Part shown: positions 12,693 through 26,474 of the stretch, one piece after another
Numbering within the stretch: position 1 is the first letter of the stretch
Layout of the letters: each line of letters opens with the position of its first letter
From: Octopus vulgaris
Lineage: Eukaryota
Direction: 5' to 3'
NCBI GenBank assembly: GCA_951406725.2
Contig: OX597837.1
Location: 4,960,001 to 5,024,000 of the forward strand
Length of the DNA: 64,000 nucleotides
Position numbers and translations under genes: made by a program
The notes under the pieces: model-generated
The model's input: the letters and a program-made list of their open reading frames with translations, nothing else
Told to the model about the DNA's origin: nothing
Database searches by the model: none

Positions 12693-13587
12693 ATTACCTC
12701 CGATTTAGCAAAGGCAGAGGTATTGTTTTCAGTGATATTTGTTTGTTGGTCCGTAGACAAGATATCTCGAGAACTGCTGGATGGATTTCAGGGATGAAAC
12801 TTTCAGGGATGTTTGGCCTCAGAACTGGCACAAACTGATTAGATTTTGAGATCGATCTGGTACCGGACAAAGATTCTGGATTATTTGTTATATTTACTTT
12901 ACTTTACATGATTACGATCTTACGTTTACTTTCAAGTCTTTCTCAATTATCTCCCGAGTTTATTTTCATTTCTCTATTATTAATTTTACTTGCATCTCTA
13001 ACTTAGTAGAAACTGATGGATAAAGAAATCAAACTACATAAAAAGCACCAAAACCGTTCAGAATAAGAACCATTTTACATACATATTAATGCTTTTCAGT
13101 GTACTTACATATATACATACATCTATACATCGATCTAAAACAACAGGAATACAAAAAGAAAGCCAGAATTTAAGAGAAGAGAAAACCAAAAGATTTCACG
13201 TTATTCATTTAAAAATTCCTGAGTAGAACTTATTATTATTATTATTACTTCCACCTTTGAAACTATTTTGAATGGTGAATTTGTGGACTTTGGCTTATAT
13301 TAGATTAAGATAAACTATTTATTACTGTTACTAAGTTTTCTACAGCCACCTTCACATTCCATGACTACCATTGGGATCGATCAGGTACCAGACAAGGATT
13401 TTGGATCATTTTCCCATTTTCCCTAGGCGTAGGAGTGGCTGTGTGGTAAGTAGCTTGCTTACCAACCACATGGTTCCGGGTTTGGTCCCACTGCGTTGGC
13501 ACCTTGGGCAAGTGTCTTCTACTATAGCCTCGGGCCAACCAAAGCCTTGTGAGTGGACTTAGTAGACGGAAACTGAAAGAAGCCTGT

Positions 13588-13648
<61 letters not shown>

Positions 13649-14021
13649 GTTTGTGTATATGTTTGTGTGTCTGAGTTTGTCCCCCACAACATCGCTTGAC
13701 AACCGATGCTGGTATGTTTACGTCCCCGTAACTTAGCGGTTCAGCAAAAGAGACCGACAGAATAAGTACTATGCTTACAAAGAATAAGTCCTGGGGTCGA
13801 TTTGCTCGACTAAAGGCGGTGCTCCAGCATGGCCACAGTCACATGACTGAAACAAGTAAAAGAGTAAAGAGTTAGTTTCTAAGAGCAGTCGGTTTCATAT
13901 TCTCACTTGTGAGAGCAGTCGAGTTTATTTCAGATATTCTCATTTTAAAAAGCATATCTGACTAATTGTCGAGAGGACGCTGGTGTTGCCTTGGTAGAGG
14001 TTTGCACTCCCTGAGTGCTCT
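12693..14021 (+). mobile_element. Helentron-derived (DINE-1/HINE-like) element interrupted by a CORE-like SINE (13425-13871)
   Basis: Starts ATTACCTCCG..GGCAGAGGT; ends GGTAGAGGT plus stem-loop GCACTC-CCT-GAGTGC. Duplicate at 17798-19100. Confidence 0.6.
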
Positions 14022-14045
14022 TATTATTATTATTATTATTATTAT

Positions 14046-14600
14046 TGAGTGAGAGAGCAGTACATGCCATCAAAGTGACACTGGGGTAATATACGAAGCC
14101 CAGTATACCCATCATGACTACCCGTCTGATAAGGGGTCACCAGGCACATGCATCACAATCATATGTGCGCGACATGGTGATCTCATATCAAGATATACAG
14201 CGCATGACCTTGCAGGTGGGGCCCAGTTAGAATTTTCTTCAGGTTGAGTAGCCCATCCTGCTCAAAAGGTCCCTGAATAAGGATCGTTTAAGGATGTTGA
14301 ACGAAACACCTATGTTTCCAGAGGTGAATTATTCAAAACTCAAAGAATCCCTTTCAACAATTGGCTATGATGCTCCCCCACTACTTCTGCTCGTGATCAG
14401 AGATGCACATATCGTCAGCCACTAAGGGACATGCTCAACTGGTTATGGTCAAACAACTGACAAGCAAATCTGTGGTATTGAGCAGAATATTTGCTGTAGC
14501 CCATCTTTTATACCAAGACAAAACAATGTACATGATAACACTTCCAATCAGTTAAGATCAGAAGCCATGAGAGCCACTGCCTGGTACTGCATCAGGGCAT
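14046..14600. mobile_element. ~555-bp non-coding repeat inserted in (AAT)n
   Basis: Copies at 19124-19665, 43508-44064 (inverted) and 56489-56780 (partial); (ATT/AAT)n on both sides of the full copies. Confidence 0.8.
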
Positions 14601-14804
14601 TTATTATTATTATTATTATTATTAAGGAGGTGAGCTGACAGAATTGTTAGCACACCAGGCAACGTGCTTAGCATCATTTTCTCCATCTTTACTCTCTGAA
14701 TTCAAATTATGATGAAACACTGGGGTCAATGTAATCAACTAGTCCCCTACCCCAAAATTTCAGGCCTTGTGCCTTTAGTAGACAGGATTGTTATTATTAT
14801 TATT

Positions 14805-15280
14805 AAGGTGGAAAGCTGGCAGAATCATTTGCATACAAGACAAAATGATCTGCAGCATTTCTTCTAGTTTTATGATCTGGGTTCAAATTCCAGAGAGATC
14901 AGTTTTATCTTTCATCCTTTCAGAGCTGACAAATGGTATTTCGTCTGCCACTACGTTCTGAGTTCAAATTCCCCACAAGGTTGACTTTGCCTTTCATCTT
15001 TTCAGGGTCGATTAAATAAGTACCAGTTATGCACTGGGGTCAATGTAATCGACTTAATCCGTTTGTCTGTCCTTGTTTGTACCCTCTGTATTTAGCCCCT
15101 TGTGGGCAATAAAGAAATAGGTATTTTGTCTGCAGTTACATTCTGAGTTCAAATTCCACCGAGGTTGACTTTGCGTTTCATCCTTTCGGGGTCGATAAAT
15201 TACGCACTGGGGTCAATGTAATTGACTTAATCCGTTTGCCCCTCTATGTTTAGCCCCTTGTGGGCAATAAAGAAATAAGA
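14805..15280 (+). mobile_element. Meta-like SINE multimer
   Basis: Repeated units GGTATTT(C/T)GTCTGC..GGGCAATAAAGAAATA; duplicate at 19968-20441. Confidence 0.75.
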
Positions 15281-15827
15281 ATATTTGCCTATATATAAGA
15301 CCTGGAGTTGAATTCTTCGACAAGGCAATGCTCCAGCATGGCCACACTCAAACGACAGAGATGAGCAAGAGTTAAAAGAGAGTAAAGATACCACAAAGAG
15401 GTTCTTTTGATTGATTCAGTACAAAGTAGTTATTTGTGTTGTTATATCGTCAGCAAAAAAACAAGGAAATGATGCAGTGTTAACAAGGATATCATTATAA
15501 TTGGATTATAATTAAATTCCTGTTTACTAAACAATGACTTTCTGATGGCAATTAGGAACCGTTCTTCGTTTGGTTTTTGACCAGGACACGGTGATATCAA
15601 CACAGCCCACAAGAGATAGTCATACATAAGGTGGTTATTTTTAGCAACTAGTATCTTTCATTGTACTACTTAATGATAATGATGATTATGGTCGTGATAA
15701 GCATGATAATGGTAAATGCCATCTAGCTGCTACAAGAAACCACACAGAAAATATTGGCATATATGTCTGTCTATAGCCTGCTCCTATTAAAAGCTGACCT
15801 CATATTAGCCAAACCAACATGTGTATG

Positions 15828-16571
15828 TAGAGGGTGTTCAAAAAGTCTGTCTGCAGTGAATTTTTTTAAAGTCGTGTAAAGTCTAATATATTCCTTTGTA
15901 CTTTTATACCTATTTCTTTACTACCCACAAGGGGCTAAACATCGAGGGGACGAACAAGGACAGACACACGGATTAAGTCGATTATATTGACCCCAGTGCG
16001 GAACTGGTACTTATTTAATCGACCCCGAAAGGATGAAAGGCAAAGTGGACCTTGGCGGAATTTAAACTCAGAACGTAATGGCAGACGAAATACCTATTTC
16101 TTTATTACCCACAAGGGGCTAAACACAGAGGGGACGAACAAGGACAGACACACGGATTAAGTCGATTATATCGACCCCAGTGTGTAACTGGTACTTATTT
16201 AATCGACCCCGAAAGGATGAAAGGCAAAGTGGACCTTGGCGGAATTTAAACTCAGAATGTAATGGCAGACGAAATACCTATTTCTTTATTACCCACAAGG
16301 GGCTAAACACAGAGGGGACGAACAAGGACAGACACACGGATTAAGTCGATTATATCGACCCCAGTGTGTAACTGGTACTTATTTAATCGACCCCGAAAGG
16401 ATGAAAGGCAAAGTCGACCTTGGCGGAATTTGAACTCAGAACATAACAGCAGACGAAATACAGCTACGCATTTCACCCGGCGTGCTAACGTTTCTGCCAG
16501 CTCGCCGCCTTTCCTTGTACTTTTATACCATCTTATATTTATACTGCGGAGAGACTATTTGAACACCCTTT
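15828..16571. mobile_element. Mariner-like MITE hosting the SINE trimer
   Basis: TIR AGGGTGTTCAAAAAGTC / GACTATTTGAACACCCT. Confidence 0.65.
15911..16510 (-). mobile_element. Meta-like SINE trimer (184-bp units)
   Basis: Period 184; TSD TTCCT(T)TGTACTTTTATACC at 15891-15910 and 16511-16529. Duplicate at 21073-21672. Confidence 0.85.
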
Positions 16572-16682
16572 ACTTACTATATATCTTTGAATCAGATCTG
16601 TATATATGTGTAGGTGTGTATACTTGTATATAGGTATAGATATGCATGTGAGTGTATGTATAGATATATGCGCGTGTGTGTG

Positions 16683-18681
16683 TACTCTTTACTCTCTTTT
16701 ACTTGTTTCAGTCATTTGACTGTGTCCATGCTGGAGCACCGCCTTTAGTCGAGCAAATCGACCCCAGGACTTATTCTTTGTAAGCCTAGTACTTATTCTG
16801 CCGGTATTTTTTGCCAAACCACTAAGTTACGGGGGATGTAAACACACCAGCATCAGTTGTCAAGCAATGTTGGGGAGACAAACACAGACACACACATACA
16901 TATATACGACAGGCTTCTTTCAGTTTCTGTCTACCAAATCCACTCACAAGGCTTTAGTCAGCCCGAGGCTATAGTAGAAGATACCTGCCCAAGGTGCCAC
17001 GCAGTGGGACTGAACCCGGAACCATGTGGTTCGTAAGCAAGCTTAGCAAAATTCTTAGAGTCCTTAACTTAACCTGTGACAATCGTACCTAAACATGCGA
17101 AATAACAATTTGCTTTGTAAACTCACATGTTAGAGACGTATAGTGTATTGTTTGTTCTGTAACTGGTATGATCAATCTATCACCCCCTCCAGGGGTGGCA
17201 TATTTGCTTGAGTGCTAATCTGTTACACAAATCAACACAGCCAACATCTGGCACTTGAGTTTCTTTTGCAGAGTCCAATCTGTTGCAATCAGTCCATGTC
17301 TGCTGCTCAATGATGGCCACATCAGGAACATCTCTGATCATAGCGTTAGTGGATCCAGACCGACCCGGGGTTAAACAGGACAGTGTTTTACCAATTCCAG
17401 ATATATTTCTATGGCTATATTATTATTACTTACATTTCGTTGTTATCCTGCTTTTGTACAGGGACTTTTTCAAACGGACAAAACCCTTTGTAACTTTCGT
17501 CCTGTGTTTTGTCCCTTTATGTTTTAATAGACTTTTGTTAGCCCTTGTGGCCAATAAACGAACAAATTATTATTATTATCAAGGTGGCAAGCAGGCAGAA
17601 TCATTTGCAGACTGGACGAAATGCTTAGTGGTATTTCGCCCATCACTACGTTCTAAGTTCAAATCCCACCAAGGTCAATTTTGCCTTTCATCCCTTCAGG
17701 GTCGATGAAGTAAGTAGCAGTTTCGCACTGGGGTCAATGTAATTGTCTTAATCCCTTCCCCCAAATTTGAGGCCTTGTACTTCCAGTAGAAAGGGTTATT
17801 ACCTCCGATTTAGCAAAGGCGGAGGTATTGTTTCCAGTCGTGTTTGTTTGGCTGTGGACAAGATATCTCAAGAACCGCTGGATGGATTCAAATGAAACTT
17901 TCAGGGATGTTTGGCCTCGTGACTGGCACAAACTGATTAAATTTTGAGATCGATCTGGTACCGGACAAAGATTCTGGATTATTTGTTATATTTGCTTTAC
18001 TTTACATGATTACGATCTTATGTTTACTTTCAAGTCTTTCTCAATTATCTCCCAAGTTTTATTTTCATTTCTCTATTATTAATTTTACTTGCATCTCTAA
18101 CTTAGTAGAAACTGATGGATAAAGAAATCAAACTACATAAAAAGCACCAAAACCGTTCAGAATAAGTACCATTTTACATACATATTAATGCTTTTCAGTG
18201 TACTTACATATATACATACATCTATACATCGATCTAAAACAACAGGAATACAAAAAGAAAGCCATAATTTAAGAGAAAAGAAAACCAAAAGATTTCACGT
18301 TATTCATTTAAAAATTCCTGAGTAGAACTTATTATTATTACTTCCACCTTTGAAACTATTTTGAATGGTGAATTAGTGACCTTTGGTTTATATTAGATTA
18401 AGATAAACTATTTATTACTGCTACTAAATTTTCTACAGCCACCTTCACATTCCATGACTACCATTAAGATCAATCAGGTACCGGACAGGGATTTTGGACT
18501 ATTTTCCCATTTTCCCTAGGCGTAGGAGTGGCTGTGTGGTAAGTAGCTTGCTTACCAACCACATGGTTCCGGGTTTGGTCCCACTGCGTTGGCACCTTGG
18601 GCAAGTGTCTTCTACTATAGCCTCGGGCCGACCAAAGCCTTGTGAGTGGACTTGGTAGACGGAAACTGAAAGAAGCCTGTC

Positions 18682-18721
<40 letters not shown>

Positions 18722-19738
18722 TTGCGTATATGTTTGTGTGTCTGTGTTTGTCCCCCCCAACATCGCTTGACAACCGATGCTGGTGTGTTTACGTCCCCGT
18801 CACTTAGCGGTTCAGCAAAAGAAACCGATAGAATAAGTACTACACTTACAAAGAATAAGTCCTGGGGTCGATTTGCTCGACTAAAGGCGGTGCTCCAGCA
18901 TGGCCACAGTCACATGACTGAAACAAGTAAAAGAGTAAAGACTTAGTTTCTAAGAGCAGCCGGTTTCATATTTAGCATTCTCGCTTGTGAGAGCAGTCGA
19001 GTTTATTTCAGATATTCTCATTTAAAAAAGCATATCTGACTAATTGTCAAGAGGACGCTGGTATTGCCTTGGTAGAGGTTTGCACTCTCTGACTGCTCTT
19101 ATTATTATTATTATTATTATTATTGAGTGAGAGAGCAGTTCATGCCATCAAAGTGACACTGGGGTAATATACGAAGCCCAGTATACCCATCATGACTACC
19201 CATCTGATAAGGGTACACCAGGCACATGCATCACAACCATATGTGCGCGACATGGTGATCTCATATCAAGATAAACAGCGCATGACCTTGCAGGTGGGGC
19301 CCAGTTAGAATTTTCTTCTGGTTGAGTAGCCCATCCTGCTCAAAAGGTCCCTGAATAAGGATTGTTTAAGGATGTTGAATGAAACACCCATGTTTCCAGA
19401 GGTGAATTATTCAAACCTCAAAGAATCCCTCTCAACACATTGGCTATGATGCTCCCCCACTACTTCTGCTCGTGACCAGAGATGCACATATCGTCAGCCA
19501 CTAAGAGACATGCTCAACTGGTTAAGGTCAAACAACTGACAAGCAAATCTGTGGTATTGAGCAGAATATTTGCTCTTAGCCCATCTTTTATACCAAGCCA
19601 AAACAATGTACATGATAACACTTCCAATCAGTTAAGATCGGACCCCATGAGAGCCACTGCCTGGTATTATTATTATTATCATCATTATTATTATCATTAT
19701 TATTATTTTTATTATTATCATTATTATTATTATTATTA

Positions 19739-19778
<40 letters not shown>

Positions 19779-21844
19779 GGCGGTGAGCTGACAGAATTGT
19801 TAGCACGCCAGGCAACGTGCTTAGCATCATTTTCTCCATCTTTACTCTCTGAATTCAAATTATGATGAAACACTGGGGTCAATGTAATCAACTAGTCCCC
19901 TACCACAAAATTTCAGGCCTTGTGCCTTTAGTAGACAGGATTGTTATTATTATTATTATTATTATTAAGGTGGAAAGCTGGCAGAATCATTTGCATACAA
20001 GACAAAATGATCTGCAGCATTTCTTCTAGTTTTATGATCTGGGTTCAAATTCCAGAGAGGTCAGTTTTGTCTTTCATCCTTTCAGAGCTGACAAATGGTA
20101 TTTCGTCTGCCGATACGTTCTGAGTTCAAATTCCACACAAGGTTGACTTTGCCTTTCATCTTTTCAGGGTCGATTAAATAAGTACCAGTTATGCACTGGG
20201 GTCAATGTAATCGACTTAATCCGTTTGTCTGTCCTTGTTTGTACCCTCTGTATTTAGCCCCTTGTGGGCAATAAAGAAATAGGTATTTTGTCTGCAGTTA
20301 CATTCTGAGTTCAAATTCCACCGAGGTTGACTTTGCGTTTCATCCTTTCGGGGTCGATAAATTACGCACTGGGGTCAATGTAATTGACTTAATCCGTTTG
20401 CCCCTCTATGTTTAGCCCCTTGTGGGCAATAAAGAAATAAGAATATTTGCCTATATATAAGACCTGGAGTTGAATTCTTCGACAAGGCAATGCTCCAGCA
20501 TGGCCACACTCAAACGACAGAGATGAGCAAGAGTTAAAAGAGAGTAAAGATACCACAAAGAGGTTCTTTTGATTGATTCAGTACAAAGTAGTTATTTGTG
20601 TTGTTATATCGTCAGCAAAAAAACAAGGAAATGATGCAGTGTTAACAAGGATATCATTATAATTGGATTATAATTAAATTCCTGTTTACTAAACAATGAC
20701 TTTCTGATGGCAATTAGGAACCATTCTTCGTTTGGTTTTTGACCAGGACACGGTGATATCAACACAGCCCACAAGAGATAGTCATACATAAGGTGGTTAT
20801 TTTTAGCAACTAGTATCTTTCATTGTACTACTTAATGATAATGATGATTATGGTCGTGATAAGCATGATGATGGTAAATGCCATCTAGCTGCTACAAGAA
20901 ACCACACAGAAAATATTGGCATATATGTCTGTCTATAGCCTGCTCCTATTAAAAGCTGACCTCATATTGGCCAAACCAACATGTGTAAGTAGAGGGTGTT
21001 CAAAAAGTCTGTCTGCAGTGAATTTTTTTAAAGTCGTGTAAAGTCTAATATATTCCTTTGTACTTTTATACCTATTTCTTTACTACCCACAAGGGGCTAA
21101 ACATCGAGGGGACGAACAAGGACAGACACACGGATTAAGTCGATTATATTGACCCCAGTGCGGAACTGGTACTTATTTAATCGACCCCGAAAGGATGAAA
21201 GGCAAAGTGGACCTTGGCGGAATTTAAACTCAGAACGTAATGGCAGACGAAATACCTATTTCTTTATTACCCACAAGGGGCTAAACACAGAGGGGACGAA
21301 CAAGGACAGACACACGGATTAAGTCGATTATATCGACCCCAGTGTGTAACTGGTACTTATTTAATCGACCCCGAAAGGATGAAAGGCAAAGTGGACCTTG
21401 GCGGAATTTAAACTCAGAATGTAATGGCAGACGAAATACCTATTTCTTTATTACCCACAAGGGGCTAAACACAGAGGGGACGAACAAGGACAGACACACG
21501 GATTAAGTCGATTATATCGACCCCAGTGTGTAACTGGTACTTATTTAATCGACCCCGAAAGGATGAAAGGCAAAGTCGACCTTGGCGGAATTTGAACTCG
21601 GAACATAACGGCAGACGAAATACCGCTAAGCATTTCACCCGGCAAGCTAACATTTCTGCCAGCTCGCCGCCTTTCCTTGTACTTTTATACCATCTTATAT
21701 TTATACTGCGGAGAGACTATTTGAACACCCTTTACTTACTATATATCTGTGAATCAGATCTGTATATATGTGTAGGTGTGTATACTTGTATATAGGTATA
21801 GATATGCATGTGAGTGTATGTATAGATATATGCGCATGTGTGTG
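16683..21844. repeat. Tandem segmental duplication, copy 2
   Basis: See copy 1; followed by a third same-orientation CORE-like SINE at 21845-22240. Confidence 0.95.
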
Positions 21845-23102
21845 TACTCTTTACTCTCTTTTACTTGTTTCAGTCATTTGACTGTGTCCATGCTGGAGCA
21901 CTGCCTTTAGTCGAGCAAATCGACCCCAGGACTTATTCTTTGTAAGCCTAGTACTTATTCTATCGGTCTCTTTTGCCAAACTGCTAAGTTACAGGGACGT
22001 AAACACACCAGCATCGGTTTTCAAGCGATGTTGAGGGACAAATACAGACACACACATACATATATATATATATACACACACACACATGTATATACAACAG
22101 GCTTCTTTCAGTTTACGTCTACCAAATCCACTCACAAGGCTTTGGTTGGCCCAAGGTTATAGTAGAAGACACTTGCCCAAGGTGCCAAGCAGTAGGACTG
22201 AACCCGGAACCATGTGCTTGGTAAGCCACTCTTGTGCCTATATATATATGAATAGATATATATATCATCAACAACATTTAATGCTGGCATGAGTTGAACA
22301 GATTGACAGGGGCTGGCAAGGCTGGGTGCCACACCAGGGTCCACTGTCTGTTTTGGCAAGGTTTTCTACTGCTGGATCAGCCTTCCTAATGCTAACCATT
22401 TTATAGGTTGTACTGGGTGCTTTCTACGTGGCACCAGCCCTGGTACTTTTTACGAAGCACACGTATGAATAGCTATGTGAGTGTGTGTGTATATGTATAG
22501 ATATATGTAGGTATAGATGTGTGAGTAAATGTACAGCATTGATAAAACACACCCAATTCTCATCTTCAATAGGTCTGTGAAAACAGCACAAAAAATAACA
22601 AGGGTATGTATGCCAGAAGATGAAGAACTGTGACAGACGCTAAGACAATGGATTGCAATGGGTAATGACCCGACCAACTGTGGTTGATGGTGAGATGAAG
22701 GGCTGCAATGGGTGAGCAGCCAAAGGACTGTAATATGTTGGTGGCACAGTGAAAGACCCAAAAGGGGTGATGAGTACAAGGACTACAATGGTTAGGGGCA
22801 CAAATGACTGGTGAAAGGGCATGATGGATGGTGAGCTGAAGGATCATTATGGTTGGTAAAACAAAGGGTCGTGAAATGTGGTGAGATGAAGGACTATACC
22901 AAATTGTTTCACAATTTTTCTGAGATCATCAGCTCCAAATAATGATTAATAAATAGGATCAGGCATGGCTGTGAGGCAAGATTTATTCCTAACCACATGG
23001 TTTGGGGTTCAGTCCCAGGGCATGGTACTCTAGGCAAGGGTCTGCTACTATTGCCTTAGGCCAACCAATGCTCTGTGAGTGGATTTAGTAGAAAGAAACT
23101 GA

Positions 23103-23337
23103 AGGTGGCGAGCTGGCAGAAACGTTAGCACGCCGGGCGAAATGCTTAGCAGTATTTCGTCTGTCTTTATGTTCTGAGTTCAAATTCTGCCGAGGTTGAC
23201 TTAGCATTTCATCCTTTAAGGGTTGATTAAATAAGTACCAGTTACGCACTAGGTTCGGTGTAATCGACTTAATCCGTTTGTCTGTCCTTGTTTGTCTCTT
23301 CTATGTCTAGCCCCTTGTGGGCAATAAAGAAATAAGA
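23103..23337 (+). mobile_element. Meta-like SINE monomer nested in an old CORE-like SINE
   Basis: GGCGAGCTGGCAG head and AATAAAGAAAT tail; flanked by AGAAA(C/T)TGA direct repeat. Confidence 0.8.
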
Positions 23338-23477
23338 AATTGAGAGAAGCCCATTGTGTGTGTGTATGTGTCTCCTACCCAACGCCCATCAACCAGTTTT
23401 GGTGTTTAGCGACCTGTAACTTAGCAGTTCAACAAAATGACCAATATACGTATAAAAAATATATTAAAGATCAGTAG

Positions 23478-23808
23478 GGGAGCTCCGTAAGGGGTCTCAG
23501 AGATTAGCGTCCCTGCCTTCCTGAGCTAGTTTTCCACCTCATTCCTTTAAAAATCATGGCAGAGGGCTTAGTCACGGGACCACTCACGTCTAGAAACCGA
23601 GGTTGAGGGTAAGCAAGGGCATGATCCCCAAAGAAAATCCAGCCCCCAAAAAAGCCTCATGATAGCAAAGGAGAATGGGCACCAGCCAGTCCAAGGGTCG
23701 GGGTGGGCTGCACCTGCCTACCTCGTTGCTATGGCATGGAGGTAGATCTGGCCACCCCCATTAACGGGGACAAAAGCCAGATTTAAAACACTGGATGATG
23801 ATGATGAT
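23478..23808 (+). mobile_element. Short RTE-related non-autonomous element
   Basis: GC-rich; GGTTGAGGGTAAGCAAGGGCATG motif, terminal CCCC..GGGG hairpin and (GAT)n tail. Confidence 0.5.
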
Positions 23809-24426
23809 AAGAACTAGGGTCAATGTGCTCAACTAAAATTCAAGGTGGTGGGCCAGCATGGCACAGACTAATCACTGGAAAAAAAAAAAAACAGAAGATA
23901 AAAGATAGACAAACGCACACGCATACATTTAAACATATATGCACACACACCAACACACACACACATCCCCCAGCAAAATGGTGAGACACTGTGATGGAAC
24001 AGATTCCTCAACCACAAACACGCATGGAGAATCTGGTGTTAATCGTCCATCATGACACGCAATGCTTTTAATGATTGTTTATCACTAATTAACGATACAA
24101 AGTCTAGATTCCACTAATATACGAATATAGAGTTACTGCAATTAGATATAAAGATATTACCTTCAATCTCTCTCTCTCTCTCTGTATATATATATATGTG
24201 ATTACATTTGTGACTATATGCATGTGTATATATCTATATACATATATGCATACATACATATAACATATATACAAACATCAGTACAGACATATATATATGC
24301 ATATATATAGATATACATACATATATATGCATATACATATATATACACACACATATAAATATATACATGTATAAATGCTATATGTACACATATATATACA
24401 GACATATAAACACATACAAAAACATA

Positions 24427-24466
<40 letters not shown>

Positions 24467-24519
24467 TATATATAGATATATATACATATATACATACATA
24501 TACATACATATATATACAT

Positions 24520-24780
24520 AGGGAGAATTCACAAAAAAGCAAAAGACGAAGATAGGTGGTGTAGACAACAAACAGATGTATTAGTTTAATGCTCAAGAAT
24601 TGAAAAAGTCTTTAACGTTTCGAGCCTACACTCTTCCACAGAAATGAACACGGAAAGAAACAAGGCGAGAAAATAAAGAATGTATAGTGGCGAGCAATCT
24701 ATCATGGTGAATGCCAGACAGGGATCACACAGAAGAGCTAGGAAGAAGGGGAGATAATAAAATAGTGGTGATCCCAAAAA
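24520..24780 (-). mobile_element. (TA)n-inserted Penelope-like terminal repeat with variant hammerhead motif (24607-24645)
   Basis: Copies at 1920-2015 and 26485-26670. Minus strand CTGTGGA-A-GAG(TGTAGG)CTC-GAAACGTT. Confidence 0.55.
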
Positions 24781-25474
24781 TACGCATCATGGGTAGGAGT
24801 GAGACGCTGGACCTGGTCAGTTTGAATATAAAACACAGAACACTTTGACCAAATGTGGTCGGTTTAAATGCTAAAGTGCTAATGTAATATAGCATGAACA
24901 ATGGAGCACAGATGGCCTTAAGTTTTTGGGGTTTTTTAAAGAGTCCACTCTGTAAGGTAGTTGGTGTGAGGAAGGGCACTCAGCCATAAGAAAACCTTGA
25001 CCAAAACAGACAGTAAAAACTTGTGTGGTCATCTGCCTAGCCAATTCCAGTCAAACCAGCCAATCCATCCATGCAAGCACAGAAAACATGTATGATGACG
25101 ACATTTTATGGCTCAAAGGATTTCTGGCCAACACTAAAGATAAAAGACTGATCCAAATATAATCATGAGAAATCAATGTGATTGATTATCTTTTCCGGTT
25201 TATCTTTTATCTTTTGTCTCCGTCACTGAACTGCAGCCATGTGGAAAGGTATTTTAGTCAAACAAATCAATCTTAGTATTTTGATTTTTTTTCAAAGTCG
25301 GTAATACTCTACTACTCTCTTTTGCTGAGCTGTCAGGTTAGAGGGATGCAAGCAAAGCAACACTGGTTGTCAAGCGGTAGGAGTGACAAACACAGACACA
25401 AACACACATATCGTGAGATTGTGGTTTCAATTCTCAGACCAGGCAGTGTGTTGTGTTCTCAAGCAAAACACTAT

Positions 25475-25868
25475 AGGCGCAGGAGCGGCTGTGTGGTAAG
25501 TAGCTTGTTTACCAACCACATGGTTCCAGGTTCAGTCCCACTGCGTGGCACCTTGGGCAAGTGTCTTCTACTATAGCCCCGGGCCAACCAATGCCTTGTG
25601 AGTGGATTTGGTAGACGGAAACTGAAAGAAGCCTGTCGTATGTATATATATATGTATATATATGTGTGTGTTTGTCCCCACCCCAACATCGCTTGACAAC
25701 TGATGGTGGTGTGTTTACGTCCCCGTAACTTAGCGGTTTGGCAAAAGAGACCGATAGAATAAGTACTAGGCTTACCAAGAATAAGTCCTGGGGTCGATTT
25801 GCTCGACTAAAGGCAGTGCTCCAACATGGCCACAGTCAAATGACTGAAACAAGTAAAAGAGTAAAAGA
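25475..25868 (+). mobile_element. CORE-like SINE, full length
   Basis: As 2981-3387. Confidence 0.85.
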
Positions 25869-25987
25869 CTTCATTTTACTTTGCTCTGAGATCACTTCAA
25901 CATCTGACCCGTGGCACACTCACACACCCATACAGGCAGCAAAGAAGTGAGCTGATGTGCAACTCAAAACCTTTGATCACTATAAAC

Positions 25988-26337
25988 CAAAGGTGCTCAA
26001 CCGGGTTCCATATGGCTTCTGAGGCTCCACGTAAGATTTTTAGGGATCCACACAATGAAACGGTAAATTGGGGATCCACGATAGAAATTTTTGAGACCCT
26101 TGAAAAAATATATTTCAGATGTATGCATGGTATGCATTGCAAGAAACAGCTTGGTTTCTTTCTCTAACATTTTACAGAGATCAACCTACACAAGTTAAGG
26201 TGTGAAAAACAAAAGAGGGATTTTGAATGTGGTTTCTATGAAACTAGTTTTTAAGCATCGAATTGCTATGGGGGCCCACCAGGTTAAATTAGCAATCAAT
26301 GGGGTCCATAAGTAAAAAAAATGGTTCAGAAACCCAG
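25988..26337. mobile_element. hAT-like MITE
   Basis: CAAAGGTGCTCAACC..GGTTCAGAAACCCAG ends; 8-bp TSD CTATAAAC / CTATGAAC. Confidence 0.65.
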
Positions 26338-26433
26338 CTATGAACAAACCATTTGTGCTAGTTGTGCAGCCAGAAACTGCAGTACCTTCATCCATCATCT
26401 AACAAGAGAATCCAATATGTGTGTGTATATGCG

Positions 26434-26474
<41 letters not shown>

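Larger units (their letters stand above)
11562..16682. repeat. Tandem segmental duplication, copy 1 (~5.1 kb)
   Basis: Collinear with 16683-21844; offset 5162 in the distal half (15442 vs 20604). Starts in a minus-strand CORE-like SINE. Confidence 0.95.

Noticed and set aside
15442-15627. Duplicated 61-aa ORF (also 20604-20789)
   Set aside because: Similarity is explained by the recent duplication; no homology or splice evidence.
22620-22900. Three overlapping minus ORFs
   Set aside because: Decayed ~25-bp purine-rich tandem repeat; no domain or splice support.
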